DNA of 64,000 nucleotides from Polyangiaceae bacterium (GCA_044376115.1 JBILLK010000021.1:64001-128000); one strand, 5' to 3'. Positions 17,598 through 26,819 are shown, counted from the stretch's first letter. Notes: generated by a model from the sequence alone, not told the origin. Numbers and translations: made by a program.

Positions 17598-18503
17598 ATG
17601 AAGATCCAACGCGCTGAGTTCATCGGAATCGCCGGAGTGCCCGATCTGACCATCGAGTTGCCCACGAGCGGCGCGGGCGAACCCCACGATCGCGTGGTGG
17701 TCACCGGCCCTAGCGGCTCCGGGAAGACGCGACTGCTCGAGGCGATGATCGCCGCTAAAGAGGCGATCCGTCCTTACGGTCCGCTGACGCCCGGCGCGCC
17801 TTGGATCCGCTCCGGCCAGGCCGCTAAAGTGCGCTTGAGCTTCTGGCTCGACGAGGCCGAGCAAGAGTTCGCCGCGGCCGCGCAGGTGCTGCAAGCGGAG
17901 GTCATCTTCCAGCCGATGCGCATCGAGGCCGAGGCCGACGACGGCCTGCGCGCCGTGCTCGGTCGCTATGCGCACAGCACAGCGAACGGCAAAGTCGACT
18001 ACTTCCCCGCCGAGCGCCGCATCCCAACCTTCCCGCCTTTCGCTGGGCTCGGCGCCGGCGAGCAGCGCCTCGCGCGGCTGACGAAGGACGCACGCAAATA
18101 CAGCTTCGTGTTGCCCTTCCTGCAGACGCTCGCTCACGACGCCCCGCGCAGGCAACGGTTCGAAGCGGCGCTGGCTTCCCTTTCTCCGTCCTGTCGCTAC
18201 CTGGCCGATCCGACGAACCAAGCGATCCCGCAATGTTTCTCGAGCCGCGGCGGTGAGCCAACCACGGTGGGTCAGCTTTCGCACTCGGAAGTCGACGCGG
18301 TGGTCTTCGCTGCGACCGCGGCCCTGATCGGCCTCGACCACTCGCTGGTCTTCCTCGATCGGCCCGACCTCCACGCCGATGAACCGGTGGCCTTGCTCAA
18401 CGCGCTCGGCGTACTCGGACAAGGCAACCAGCTGTGGATGGCGTGCAGCCTACAGACCGCCGCAGCGGCGCAGGGCGTGCACGTCGTGAACCTGAAGCGC
18501 TGA
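17598..18503 (+). CDS. ABC/SMC-like (AAA_21-type) ATPase, degenerate
   Basis: MKIQRAEF.G start, Walker A GPSGSGKT, LSHSE signature-like, LVFLDRPDLH Walker B-like. Confidence 0.7.
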   Translation: MKIQRAEFIGIAGVPDLTIELPTSGAGEPHDRVVVTGPSGSGKTRLLEAMIAAKEAIRPYGPLTPGAPWIRSGQAAKVRLSFWLDEAEQEFAAAAQVLQAEVIFQPMRIEAEADDGLRAVLGRYAHSTANGKVDYFPAERRIPTFPPFAGLGAGEQRLARLTKDARKYSFVLPFLQTLAHDAPRRQRFEAALASLSPSCRYLADPTNQAIPQCFSSRGGEPTTVGQLSHSEVDAVVFAATAALIGLDHSLVFLDRPDLHADEPVALLNALGVLGQGNQLWMACSLQTAAAAQGVHVVNLKR

Positions 18504-18557
18504 AAGCCCGCGCTTCGCCACTCTTCTTGCAAAGGCGCATTGCCCAAAGGCCGACCC

Positions 18558-20297
18558 ATGTCCGCTCAAACCGTCTCTTCACGTCTTGATGCTTCCACCC
18601 GCTCGCGGCGCCCCTCCTTCGCGCGCACCGCGCTAGCCTGCACAACGCTGCTGCTCGCCAGCCCGAGTTGTACGCCGGACAACGCGCTCGACGAGTTCGA
18701 CGAGGAAGCCCAATACGAAGACGCGCTCACGGCAGCGCAAAAACGCCCGCGCTACGAACGGATTCGCGACGCCTTACGCAAGCGTGGCATCGCCAAGAAC
18801 GGCTACTTGTTCGCCGGCATCGCCAACACCGAGACCGGCCTTGTGATGTGTTGGTCGGAGGCGACCTGGTCGTGCCAAGGGCCGTCCTCACCCGACTGCG
18901 GCGGCGGACCGGTGATCGCCGGAGCAGGCGACGGACCGTGCTCGTGGCAAGAGGGTGGGCTGGGTATCTTTCAGTTCGACGCCGGCACCTTCAACCAGAC
19001 CCTCGCGAAGTACGGCTCGAACGTGCTCACGGTCGAAGGCCAGCTCGATCACGCCGTCGACTACGTGGTCGCGATGGTGAAGAACTCCGACTACACCACC
19101 AACGCCGAAACCGACGCCAAGGCGCTCGCCTGGCTCAACAACTTCGACCCCAATAACGCCACCCTCCGCGATCAATGGATCAAGACGGTCTTGCGCTACT
19201 ACAACGGCTGCCAGCCCGGTTGGAGCTGCTGGAGCCCGCGTTATCAGACCTACACCGACGGCATGAACCAAGCGATCTCCGACCCGGGTGGGCTCGCCTT
19301 CTGGGCCGAGAACGCCGCACCGCCCGCGAAGCCGGCGAGCCCAAAGCCCGAAGGCTCACAAGCGCTGCTCGCTCCGAAGCAGCAACACTTCTTCCGTCGC
19401 GACAGCGCCGGCAACGTTCGGCATCACTATTGGGACGGCAATCAGAACAAGCTGCTGATCGACACTTGGGGCAGCGGCGCTGCCGGCCAGCCGGTGACCT
19501 TCGTGCATGGGACGTCACAGCACAGCTTCGCCCGCAAGAATGACGGCTCGCTCGGGCACTGGTTCTGGGACCCGGTGAACGGCCCGCGCTCGGATAGTTG
19601 GGCAGCGGCTGGCAGCCTCGCCTTCGATCCGGCGGCGATCGTGATCGGCGAGTTCGAGGCTGTGTGGGCCGTCGATGGCGATGGGGACCTGCAACATTGG
19701 TATTGGGGACCGAAGACCAACGGGGTGAAGCAGGACACCTGGGGCTCCGGCGCAGTCGGTCGGCCCAGCGTGATGGTGACGCCCTCCGGCGAGCAGCACG
19801 CCTTTGCGCGCGGTACCGCAGGCACGCTGGAACATTGGTGGTGGAGCCCTGGGAGCAACGATATCGATCACGACAGTTGGGGCTCGGGCCTCGCGCATGA
19901 TCCGGTCTCGCTCGCGATCGGCGCGTTCCAAAGCGTGTGGGGCGTCGATGGGCAAGGCAACCTCAAGCAATGGTATTGGGGCCCGAGCAGCGGCGGCGTG
20001 AAGAAGGCAACCTGGGGCTCAGGCGTCGTGGGCCGGCCGAGCGTCTTCGTCACAGCGAGTGGTGAGCAGCATGTGTTCGCCCGCGGCAAGTCCGGTGCGC
20101 TCGAGCATTGGTGGTGGACGCCGAATTCGAGCGCGATCCTGCACGACAGCTGGGGCACCGGGATCGCTCAGGACCCAACCGCGCTGCTGATCGGCTCGCA
20201 ACAACATGTGTGGGCCACCGGCAACAACGGCAACGTGCTGCACTGGTATTGGGACCCGGCCACGAGCTCGATCAAGCAGGATAGCTGGGGCCAGTGA
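18558..20297 (+). CDS. Secreted/lipoprotein: lysozyme/transglycosylase-like domain plus the same 7-repeat Trp-rich propeller
   Basis: Signal-like N-terminus with Cys; GIANTETG...GLGIFQF...RYYNG; the C-terminal ~315 aa are highly similar to those of 8029..9645. Confidence 0.7.
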   Translation: MSAQTVSSRLDASTRSRRPSFARTALACTTLLLASPSCTPDNALDEFDEEAQYEDALTAAQKRPRYERIRDALRKRGIAKNGYLFAGIANTETGLVMCWSEATWSCQGPSSPDCGGGPVIAGAGDGPCSWQEGGLGIFQFDAGTFNQTLAKYGSNVLTVEGQLDHAVDYVVAMVKNSDYTTNAETDAKALAWLNNFDPNNATLRDQWIKTVLRYYNGCQPGWSCWSPRYQTYTDGMNQAISDPGGLAFWAENAAPPAKPASPKPEGSQALLAPKQQHFFRRDSAGNVRHHYWDGNQNKLLIDTWGSGAAGQPVTFVHGTSQHSFARKNDGSLGHWFWDPVNGPRSDSWAAAGSLAFDPAAIVIGEFEAVWAVDGDGDLQHWYWGPKTNGVKQDTWGSGAVGRPSVMVTPSGEQHAFARGTAGTLEHWWWSPGSNDIDHDSWGSGLAHDPVSLAIGAFQSVWGVDGQGNLKQWYWGPSSGGVKKATWGSGVVGRPSVFVTASGEQHVFARGKSGALEHWWWTPNSSAILHDSWGTGIAQDPTALLIGSQQHVWATGNNGNVLHWYWDPATSSIKQDSWGQ

Positions 20298-20306
20298 GCG
20301 GCCGCG

Positions 20307-21146
20307 TCACTCGCTATAGCGCAACATGAGCCCAACCTGACCGACGCTGACCACCGGGCTGAGCAGCAGCGTCGCGCTGGTCGGCGCCGGCTCGCCCGAA
20401 TCGGAAAGGCGCCATATCAAGCCCGTCCCAGCCAAAACCGCGCCGCCTACCAAGAGCGCAGTGGTCGCCGGCCCCAGCGATCGACCGCGCTCCTGCGCGT
20501 CGAGGCCCTCGCGCGAGCAGGTGCGCGTGGCGTCATCGCATTCGTCCTGCGTGGTGAGGTAAGCGTCGATCACCAGGCCACCGGTGACCGCCCCGGCGAT
20601 CAGCGCCGCAACCCCGATGCCACCCAAAACCCAAGGCAGCGGGCCGTCCCCGCGGCTCAAGGCCGAGCGCGTATCGAACTCGAAGACGAAGCGCTGGTTC
20701 TTCTCGCGCGGCCGCACCAGGATCGAACGACGTTGCGGCGCTTCGCCTTCGAGGCGCACTTCGATCACGTGCTGGCCAGCCGCGAGCGAATGCACCTGAC
20801 CGTCGAGCCGGGCGAGCCAAGGCGCTCCATCGAGCGTCGCGCTGGCCTCGCGGATGGGCTCGCCGTCCTGATCCACGGCTTCGATCGAAACGGTCGCTGC
20901 GCGAAGCAAAAGCTCCGCCTCGATCTCACCTTTCCAGCGGCTGCAATCATCCCGCACGAACGGCGCGCAGCTCTCATTGACGCATACGCCGACCGCGATC
21001 AGCGCGTCGTCGAGCTTGCCCTCATCGCGCAGCTGTTGAACCGCGTAGTAAGCATCACCGCAGGCCTGCTTATCGGCAAAGGCTGTTCGGCCACTGCCAA
21101 GCACCATCAGGGAGACCACCGTTTGGGCGATCCAAAGGCCACGCAT
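20307..21146 (-). CDS. Secreted/membrane protein with PEGA-like domain (Polyangiaceae type)
   Basis: Signal peptide, Cys-containing helical region, beta domain, two TM segments. Confidence 0.6.
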   Translation of the reverse strand: MRGLWIAQTVVSLMVLGSGRTAFADKQACGDAYYAVQQLRDEGKLDDALIAVGVCVNESCAPFVRDDCSRWKGEIEAELLLRAATVSIEAVDQDGEPIREASATLDGAPWLARLDGQVHSLAAGQHVIEVRLEGEAPQRRSILVRPREKNQRFVFEFDTRSALSRGDGPLPWVLGGIGVAALIAGAVTGGLVIDAYLTTQDECDDATRTCSREGLDAQERGRSLGPATTALLVGGAVLAGTGLIWRLSDSGEPAPTSATLLLSPVVSVGQVGLMLRYSE

Positions 21147-21180
21147 GCAGCCAGCCTAGCAGTCAGCGTGCCTTCGATGT

Positions 21181-21696
21181 CTAGGCGTCGGTCATCGGAG
21201 CGCGCACGATTCGCTTGCTGAACGTCGTGGAAAGCTCGGTGATCGCCGCGGTAAGCTCCTTGGCGTTTGCGTCCTCACCGCACACCTCGCGCACGTGGGG
21301 CGTGAGCCAAACGGTGGCCTCTGAAACCTCGCCGAACACCTTCGTCGGGTGCGGTGAGGGTGCCAACAATTGCAAGCCGGTCAGCACGCTGCGCTGAACC
21401 GCGCCTAATAGGCTCTGCGCAAGGATCACCGTCGCCGACGCTACGCGGGTGTGCTCCCAGCGCTTGATGATCTTCGCCATCCGCACGCGCTCGGCTTGGG
21501 TCATCTTGGTGTTGCTCGGAAGGATGACGACCATCTCCACGACCTTGCCGGTCACCTTCGCGTGCCAGCGCTCGCTCGCGCGCTCGATGCGATCCATGTC
21601 GGCGAGCGTGACCTTGCCCTCGAACAAGGTGACCGCGAAGCGCCGCCAAAGGCCGGTCAACATGTACGGAGCCTCGATGATCGGGTCGAGCTTCAC
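21181..21696 (-). CDS. Hypothetical STAS/SEC14-like small protein
   Basis: alpha/beta pattern ending P.KVF.EVSEA..WL, common in myxobacteria. Confidence 0.55.
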   Translation of the reverse strand: MKLDPIIEAPYMLTGLWRRFAVTLFEGKVTLADMDRIERASERWHAKVTGKVVEMVVILPSNTKMTQAERVRMAKIIKRWEHTRVASATVILAQSLLGAVQRSVLTGLQLLAPSPHPTKVFGEVSEATVWLTPHVREVCGEDANAKELTAAITELSTTFSKRIVRAPMTDA

Positions 21697-21783
21697 GGGG
21701 CTCGTAGTTTAGCGCCGATCGCGCGCGAGCGAGCGACAATGGGGGTGGAGCGAGCAGAGCGCAGGAAGAGCTTCTTTGGGACT

Positions 21784-22272
21784 TCACCGCGTGCGGCGTG
21801 CTAGGGCTTCTTCGAGCGCGACGATCGCTGGTTGATCCTTTGGGCGGTTCGCCGCGCGCTTCATACGGATGAGCGCGGGTAGGCTTGCAACGCGGACCCT
21901 GTGCCCACCGACCGAGGCGTCTATTGCGTCGTTACACAGCGATGCGAAGGTCTCACCGCCGGCCTCCTTCAACAGATCGAGCCTACCGAACTTCGTACGC
22001 AGCAAAATGGGGCCCGTAGCACTTCGGAGTCGGTCGATCGTCGGGAGAATTGGAGGTTGATGAAACGTCGCCATCTCCGCCTCGACCTCGACGAGACAAC
22101 CAGCGAGACGGTCGAGGTTCACGGCGTCGACTGCAATCACAAGGTCCAAATCGAACGTCGCCCAGCTCACCTGATGAACGGAGGCTGCGATTCCTCCAAT
22201 CAGGACTGACTCAACACCAGCAGCGACCAGACTCGTGATCAGCGCGGCAGGCTGGAACTCAGCGCGGCGCAC
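21784..22272 (-). CDS. Nucleotidyltransferase-family protein (toxin-like)
   Basis: VLIGGIAA..H...AT.DLDL; LIRMKRAANRPKD; GTG start overlaps the upstream small ORF. Confidence 0.8.
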   Translation of the reverse strand: MRRAEFQPAALITSLVAAGVESVLIGGIAASVHQVSWATFDLDLVIAVDAVNLDRLAGCLVEVEAEMATFHQPPILPTIDRLRSATGPILLRTKFGRLDLLKEAGGETFASLCNDAIDASVGGHRVRVASLPALIRMKRAANRPKDQPAIVALEEALARRTR

Positions 22273-22447
22273 GATCGATTGACTCGCGAAGAGCCGCCAC
22301 GAACGCCCGCAAGTTTTGCTCAGACTGAGCGCGAGCCTCGGGTGACATCTCTCGAACCTCTGCCTCGAGCCCGATATCGTGCCCCTCCGCATCGAGGTTA
22401 GCGGCGAGCGCGCGCTCGATCTCTTCGGTCGACGGGTCTCGCATCAC
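22259..22447 (-). CDS. Small acidic protein, antitoxin-like partner
   Basis: 62 aa, MSPEAR motif, overlaps the NTase start; TACTCT -10 box 6 nt upstream. Confidence 0.6.
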   Translation of the reverse strand: MMRDPSTEEIERALAANLDAEGHDIGLEAEVREMSPEARAQSEQNLRAFVAALRESIDRAPR

Positions 22448-22502
22448 CGGAAGAGAGTACCCTCCCTGAGCGCGAAGGACCAGCGAGAGAGCTGGTGAGG
22501 TG

Positions 22503-22630
22503 GCCGCGAGCCAGAACCGCTGTTTGCGCTCCTCCTAGCGCTCGAGCCCGACTCGCGTGGTGAGCTCACAAAGCGCGTGTCGACTGAACGCGACCAGAGG
22601 GATTGGAGCGTAAACGCGATTCGCCTCGGC
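22503..22630. repeat. Long imperfect inverted repeat (REP/attC/ncRNA-like)
   Basis: GTTTGCGCTCC (22522-32) pairs with GGAGCGTAAAC (22605-15); central palindrome GTGAGCTCAC (22560-69). Confidence 0.5.
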
Positions 22631-22708
22631 GAGCCCGCCCTGCGTTCCTGCGGACTGATCTCGCAATCGGCTTCACTCGCTAGAAGCTCACCGAGTTACC
22701 CTGGGCTC

Positions 22709-24067
22709 ATGCTTTTGCGCTCGCTTGCGGCCGTCTGCCCGCTGCTCGCCCTCCCCTCCCTTGGCTGCGGCAACGGTGAAACCACGGCGGCTGGAGCGAG
22801 CGGTGGCGGAACGGCGGGCGCTGCGGCGGGCGGCGCTGCAACGGGTGGTGCCGGCGGGGAGGCCGGTGGTGGTGGGAGCGGCGGGGTGCTCGAGCCGCAG
22901 GTGGCCTGCCCAGCGGGCAGCGAGCTTTCAACGGCCGACACCGACGCCGGCTTTGCGGAGTTTGGCAGCGTGTTCTCGAGCACGCCGTACGAACGCGATG
23001 TGGAGGGGACGCACAACCCCAAGGCGCTGGTGGTGGAGGTGAAGAACGCTGGAGCAGCGGTCGCCGGGTGCGAGGTGCGTTGGGCGACAGCGGCGGGTCA
23101 CGGCTGGGTTTTCCCCAACGGGAAGGTCACCGACGAAGACGGACGAGTGCGCGCTTTTTGGACCTCCGGCGATCAAGCGCGCCAAGCCGCCGAAGCACGG
23201 ATCGAAGTGGAGGGCGGCCCAGCGCAGAGCCTCACCTTCACCGGCGAAGCGTGGCCCAGCGAGCGCACGCGCACCGATTCAGTGCACATCCTGTACGAGG
23301 TCCCCGACGTTTACAGCGAGTTCAAGGTGCGCGTCACGCCCGCGACGGGACCACAAAGCACCTACTACTCCACGCTCAACTGGCCCGGCGCGTACGGCGG
23401 TATCCAGTTCGACGACTACGGTGGCCCAATCAGCAAAGTGCTGTTTTCGGTTTGGGACATCGACGCCAACAAGAAGGCCGAGATCCTCGACCAAGGCGCC
23501 TGCAACGAGACCGTCGGCTTCGGCGGTGAAGGCACCGGGACCAGCTGCAGGCTGCTGCTGCCTCCGAGCGAACACGGCGCGATCCCCGGCCTGCCCGACG
23601 ACTACATGTTGCAGCCCGGGGATACCTACGAGACCCACCTCGTCGTCAGCCACCCCGCCGACTGCCCGACCTGCTCCGACTACAGCTTCAGCTTCAGCGA
23701 TGTGACCCGCGGCTTCGGGCCGATCTCGCTCGGCACCCAACGTTACAAAGAGAACGTCGAGCCTTGGTATGGCTCCGGCTTCATCGAGGATTGGTCAGAC
23801 AAACCGGGCGACCACTGCCTCAACGCAGGCACCCGCACCGCCTACTTCCACGACCTCCAAGCGAAGACCGCAGCCGGTTGGCAGCCCATCACCAGCGCGT
23901 CCTTCAACGCCGTCTACCTGCAGTGGAACCACGAGATCTGCGCCAACTACTACTTCGGCGTGGAAGACGGTCGCTTCTTGATGAGCAGCGGCGGCAGCGA
24001 GCTCGTCTCGCGACCGATCATCGAAGGCGACCCCGACTTCGGCCAGCAGCCCAAAGCATCGCTCTGA
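22709..24067 (+). CDS. Lipoprotein with DUF3472-like domain
   Basis: SLGC lipobox, Gly linker; YGGIQ, LFSVWD, FGGEGTG, GFIEDW. Confidence 0.7.
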   Translation: MLLRSLAAVCPLLALPSLGCGNGETTAAGASGGGTAGAAAGGAATGGAGGEAGGGGSGGVLEPQVACPAGSELSTADTDAGFAEFGSVFSSTPYERDVEGTHNPKALVVEVKNAGAAVAGCEVRWATAAGHGWVFPNGKVTDEDGRVRAFWTSGDQARQAAEARIEVEGGPAQSLTFTGEAWPSERTRTDSVHILYEVPDVYSEFKVRVTPATGPQSTYYSTLNWPGAYGGIQFDDYGGPISKVLFSVWDIDANKKAEILDQGACNETVGFGGEGTGTSCRLLLPPSEHGAIPGLPDDYMLQPGDTYETHLVVSHPADCPTCSDYSFSFSDVTRGFGPISLGTQRYKENVEPWYGSGFIEDWSDKPGDHCLNAGTRTAYFHDLQAKTAAGWQPITSASFNAVYLQWNHEICANYYFGVEDGRFLMSSGGSELVSRPIIEGDPDFGQQPKASL

Positions 24068-24182
24068 AGACCGCGTGCGACCTTGGGCCGTGCGATGCGG
24101 CAGCCGCCCTTGTCCTTCGTGTGGTCAGCGTGTCCTAGATTACGAGTTCGCTCGGCAAGGAGCTGAGGCCTTGAGGAAAGAA

Positions 24183-25481
24183 ATGCGAAAGCTCGTCTTT
24201 GCAATAGCAGCAATGGGAGTCTTGCTGAGCGGATGCGCCAGCGCCGCTAACGGACCGAAGGTCCCCGTCGTGGAGTCGACGGAGGGGTGGTCCTTTGACA
24301 CCTGGTTCAACGCGCCTGCCGGTTCGAACGGCGTTTTCGTTCAGTTCGTTCGAGCACACGAGAGCGGCTTCGACATAGCGTACGACGACTACACGACCGG
24401 CAGCTTAACTGCCCCCGGCTTGGTCCTGGGTTCGCTCCGAGACGGTCGCTTCACCTATCGATACCCGGGGCTCGGCTCTTGTGGGAGTTCCACGACGGTG
24501 CTGACAGGCTCGGAGGCTCGAGTCGCCTGTGAATCGGGAGGCTGGAACCTCCGGGTCGACGCTCTCGGGACGATCGAGAAGCTCCCGCTCAGCAAGCTCG
24601 AACCACCATCGCCCATCCCAGGCATCGAGCGCTGCCCAACGCTACGCCCTCAACCTGACGATGCAGGTCGGCGCCCACCACTGCGGAGGGGCAACACGGA
24701 CATCGTCGAGCACGGTGAGGGTTCCCAGCGAACGATACAGGCCGTGCTCCTGGTCGCTAACGAGACGGTCCCCAACGGAATGGCTTCACAGCAGCGGACG
24801 CTCCGCTACGTGATGTGTTCGCCAGCCACCGGAGAAGAGCGCACCGTGGAGCTCTCGAAGCGGGCCCGCTCGGCGGCGATCACGGTCGACCCTCGAGGGG
24901 AGCCGGCGGTCGCGTTCGAGGAACAGTTCGAGGACCGGGCGCGACTCGTGCTCGCACGGCGGCACGCGGTCAGCATCGGACACGAGGTTGATACGCGACT
25001 CGCGTCCTCGCGTGAGGCCTGCGCTGCGCTCCGCGTGCAGTGGTTCGGGCCGCACCCGGCCGATTTCATGTCGCTGACCCCCGAAGAGAAGCTCTGCAGT
25101 GTCATGATGAGACAGGAGGCCTACGCTGCCGCAAAGGAGGCGACGCGGCGAGAGTGCGACGCGGGGGACGCGCGCGCCTGCTGGCTGGGAGGCTCGGTGA
25201 GGAGCGCATTGATGCGCGGCGTTTCGTTTCGCTGGGACGTGAAAGACAGCACGGTGAATTACCATCTAATTGAAGCCTGGCTGCCCGCAGATCCCGAGCG
25301 AGCGAAGGACCCGAGCGCCTTCGGGTTCTTCGAGCGTGGTTGCGACCTCGGGGATGCGGACTCGTGCACGCGGGTCCTCGCGGAGGACCATCTTCTTCGC
25401 ACCAGGAGCCCGCTGGCCGAAGCCCAGTGCAACGCGGGGAGCGAGTTTGCCTGCGAGCTGCTCAAGGCACGGAGGTACTAG
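24183..25481 (+). CDS. Lipoprotein with C-terminal Sel1-like Cys repeats
   Basis: LSGC lipobox; ECDAGDARAC, FERGCDLGDADSC, QCNAGSEFAC. Confidence 0.65.
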   Translation: MRKLVFAIAAMGVLLSGCASAANGPKVPVVESTEGWSFDTWFNAPAGSNGVFVQFVRAHESGFDIAYDDYTTGSLTAPGLVLGSLRDGRFTYRYPGLGSCGSSTTVLTGSEARVACESGGWNLRVDALGTIEKLPLSKLEPPSPIPGIERCPTLRPQPDDAGRRPPLRRGNTDIVEHGEGSQRTIQAVLLVANETVPNGMASQQRTLRYVMCSPATGEERTVELSKRARSAAITVDPRGEPAVAFEEQFEDRARLVLARRHAVSIGHEVDTRLASSREACAALRVQWFGPHPADFMSLTPEEKLCSVMMRQEAYAAAKEATRRECDAGDARACWLGGSVRSALMRGVSFRWDVKDSTVNYHLIEAWLPADPERAKDPSAFGFFERGCDLGDADSCTRVLAEDHLLRTRSPLAEAQCNAGSEFACELLKARRY

Positions 25482-25503
25482 CGTAACGAGCACTCATCAG
25501 CGC

Positions 25504-25650
25504 TGCCGCCATGGTGAAGGTCTCGAGGAACGCCAGCCCGTACGAGAGCGCGAGCACGACCAGGGCCGACCCGAACGGCCCAAGCCCGAGCCTTCGGCGC
25601 AGCACCCGATGCGCGGCGACGAGCGCGGTGAAGTAGGTGTGGTTGACGAA
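25504..25650 (-). pseudogene. Fragment resembling cycloeucalenol cycloisomerase (CPI-like) membrane protein
   Basis: TYF....AHRVLRRRL...VLALSYGLAFLETFTMA resembles the LRRL...ILALSYFIAYLET segment of plant CPI1 (from memory). Confidence 0.4.
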
Positions 25651-25678
25651 GCCCTCGGGTCCCGGCACCCTCCCGCGC

Positions 25679-26803
25679 ATGAATCGTGGAATGGGACTGC
25701 TTCTGGCTCTCTTCGGTTGCAGCGAGGCTCGGGTTGACGGCGGAGCGACCTCCCAGTCATCGCAAGGAGCGAGCTCCACGGCCTCGCTCAGCTCCTCGAG
25801 CGGGAGCGTCCCGTCGGCCTCCAGTCTTGCCAGCGCGCCCCGCGCCTCGGCCAGCGCAGCGCGCTCGGCGGCGGCCGAGCTTCCGCGCTCCGCGCGCCCG
25901 ACGCCCCTCGAGTGGTGCCGGGCGCCGGTCGCGGCGCTCGCGGAGGAGGGCTACTTCGGCGGCGATATGACCTACGCCTGCCGGCTCTCCGAGGTCCGCG
26001 AGTGGGTGATGCTCTGGTGCCCGATGAGCGGGCTACGCTCGACCGGGAAGGAGCTCGGGATCTACGATCGAGCGCTCCCTGGCGGTGGCAGCATGGCCAG
26101 CGAGGATGAGGTCTACCTCGGGACTCAGGGACTCCACGGCAGCCCACCGAAGGACGCTGTCGTCGTCTCGCTGCGCCCCGGAACCAAAGCGAAGCCGGCC
26201 TTCACCTATCGCCCGGTAGAGAACCCGACGTGGCTTCGCGACGAGAGCTTCGAACTCGAGCTCCCCGCCGGCGCGACCGATCTCTCCGAGCGCCGCTTCC
26301 AGGGCGGCGCGTGGCCGAAGACCCTGAGCCGCGGCCCCAGCGGGACCAAGCTCTGCGACGAGCTCGAAAAGAACCAGAAGTCGCAAAGCGACGCCGAGAG
26401 CAAAGAGCGCGAGGCCGCCCAGCTCGAGGCCGATGCTGAAGAGGTCGACGACGTGGTAGGGCTCAGCGAGCCACCGAACGAGGCCAGCTGGGACGCGGCG
26501 AAGTCGGCGCTGGTGACCGGCTCCGACGCTCTTGGATGCATGACAAAGATCGCCCCCGATTGGTTCTTCATGCGCTGCAGCGGCAAGGTCGAGCTGCGCG
26601 GCCTCGAGGTTGAGAAGGGCCGGCGCAAGACGCAGACGAAGGCGACCTTCGCCGACGGCGTCGCGACGCTGCTGACCCCGTATGTGGAGGGCACCGACCT
26701 CCGCGTGCGCCTCGATCTCGCCGACGGCGCCCGCTTCCTCGTCGTGCGCTGGGCGCCGGGAAAGAAGCCGTTCGAGGTCGGACGCTTCAGCGACAAGCGC
26801 TGA
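25679..26803 (+). CDS. Hypothetical lipoprotein
   Basis: LFGC lipobox, Ser/Ala linker, two Cys-containing beta domains. Confidence 0.65.
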   Translation: MNRGMGLLLALFGCSEARVDGGATSQSSQGASSTASLSSSSGSVPSASSLASAPRASASAARSAAAELPRSARPTPLEWCRAPVAALAEEGYFGGDMTYACRLSEVREWVMLWCPMSGLRSTGKELGIYDRALPGGGSMASEDEVYLGTQGLHGSPPKDAVVVSLRPGTKAKPAFTYRPVENPTWLRDESFELELPAGATDLSERRFQGGAWPKTLSRGPSGTKLCDELEKNQKSQSDAESKEREAAQLEADAEEVDDVVGLSEPPNEASWDAAKSALVTGSDALGCMTKIAPDWFFMRCSGKVELRGLEVEKGRRKTQTKATFADGVATLLTPYVEGTDLRVRLDLADGARFLVVRWAPGKKPFEVGRFSDKR

Positions 26804-26819
26804 GAACGAGCCGGCGGAC

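Noticed and set aside
15556..18503. Complete T6SS cluster
   Set aside because: No Hcp, sheath, baseplate, ClpV or membrane-complex genes are in the window
18505..18557. sigma54 box or TTGTGTA palindrome upstream of the lysozyme-like propeller gene
   Set aside because: TTGC is present but there is no GG at the right spacing and no palindrome, so its membership of the regulon is not supported by promoter evidence
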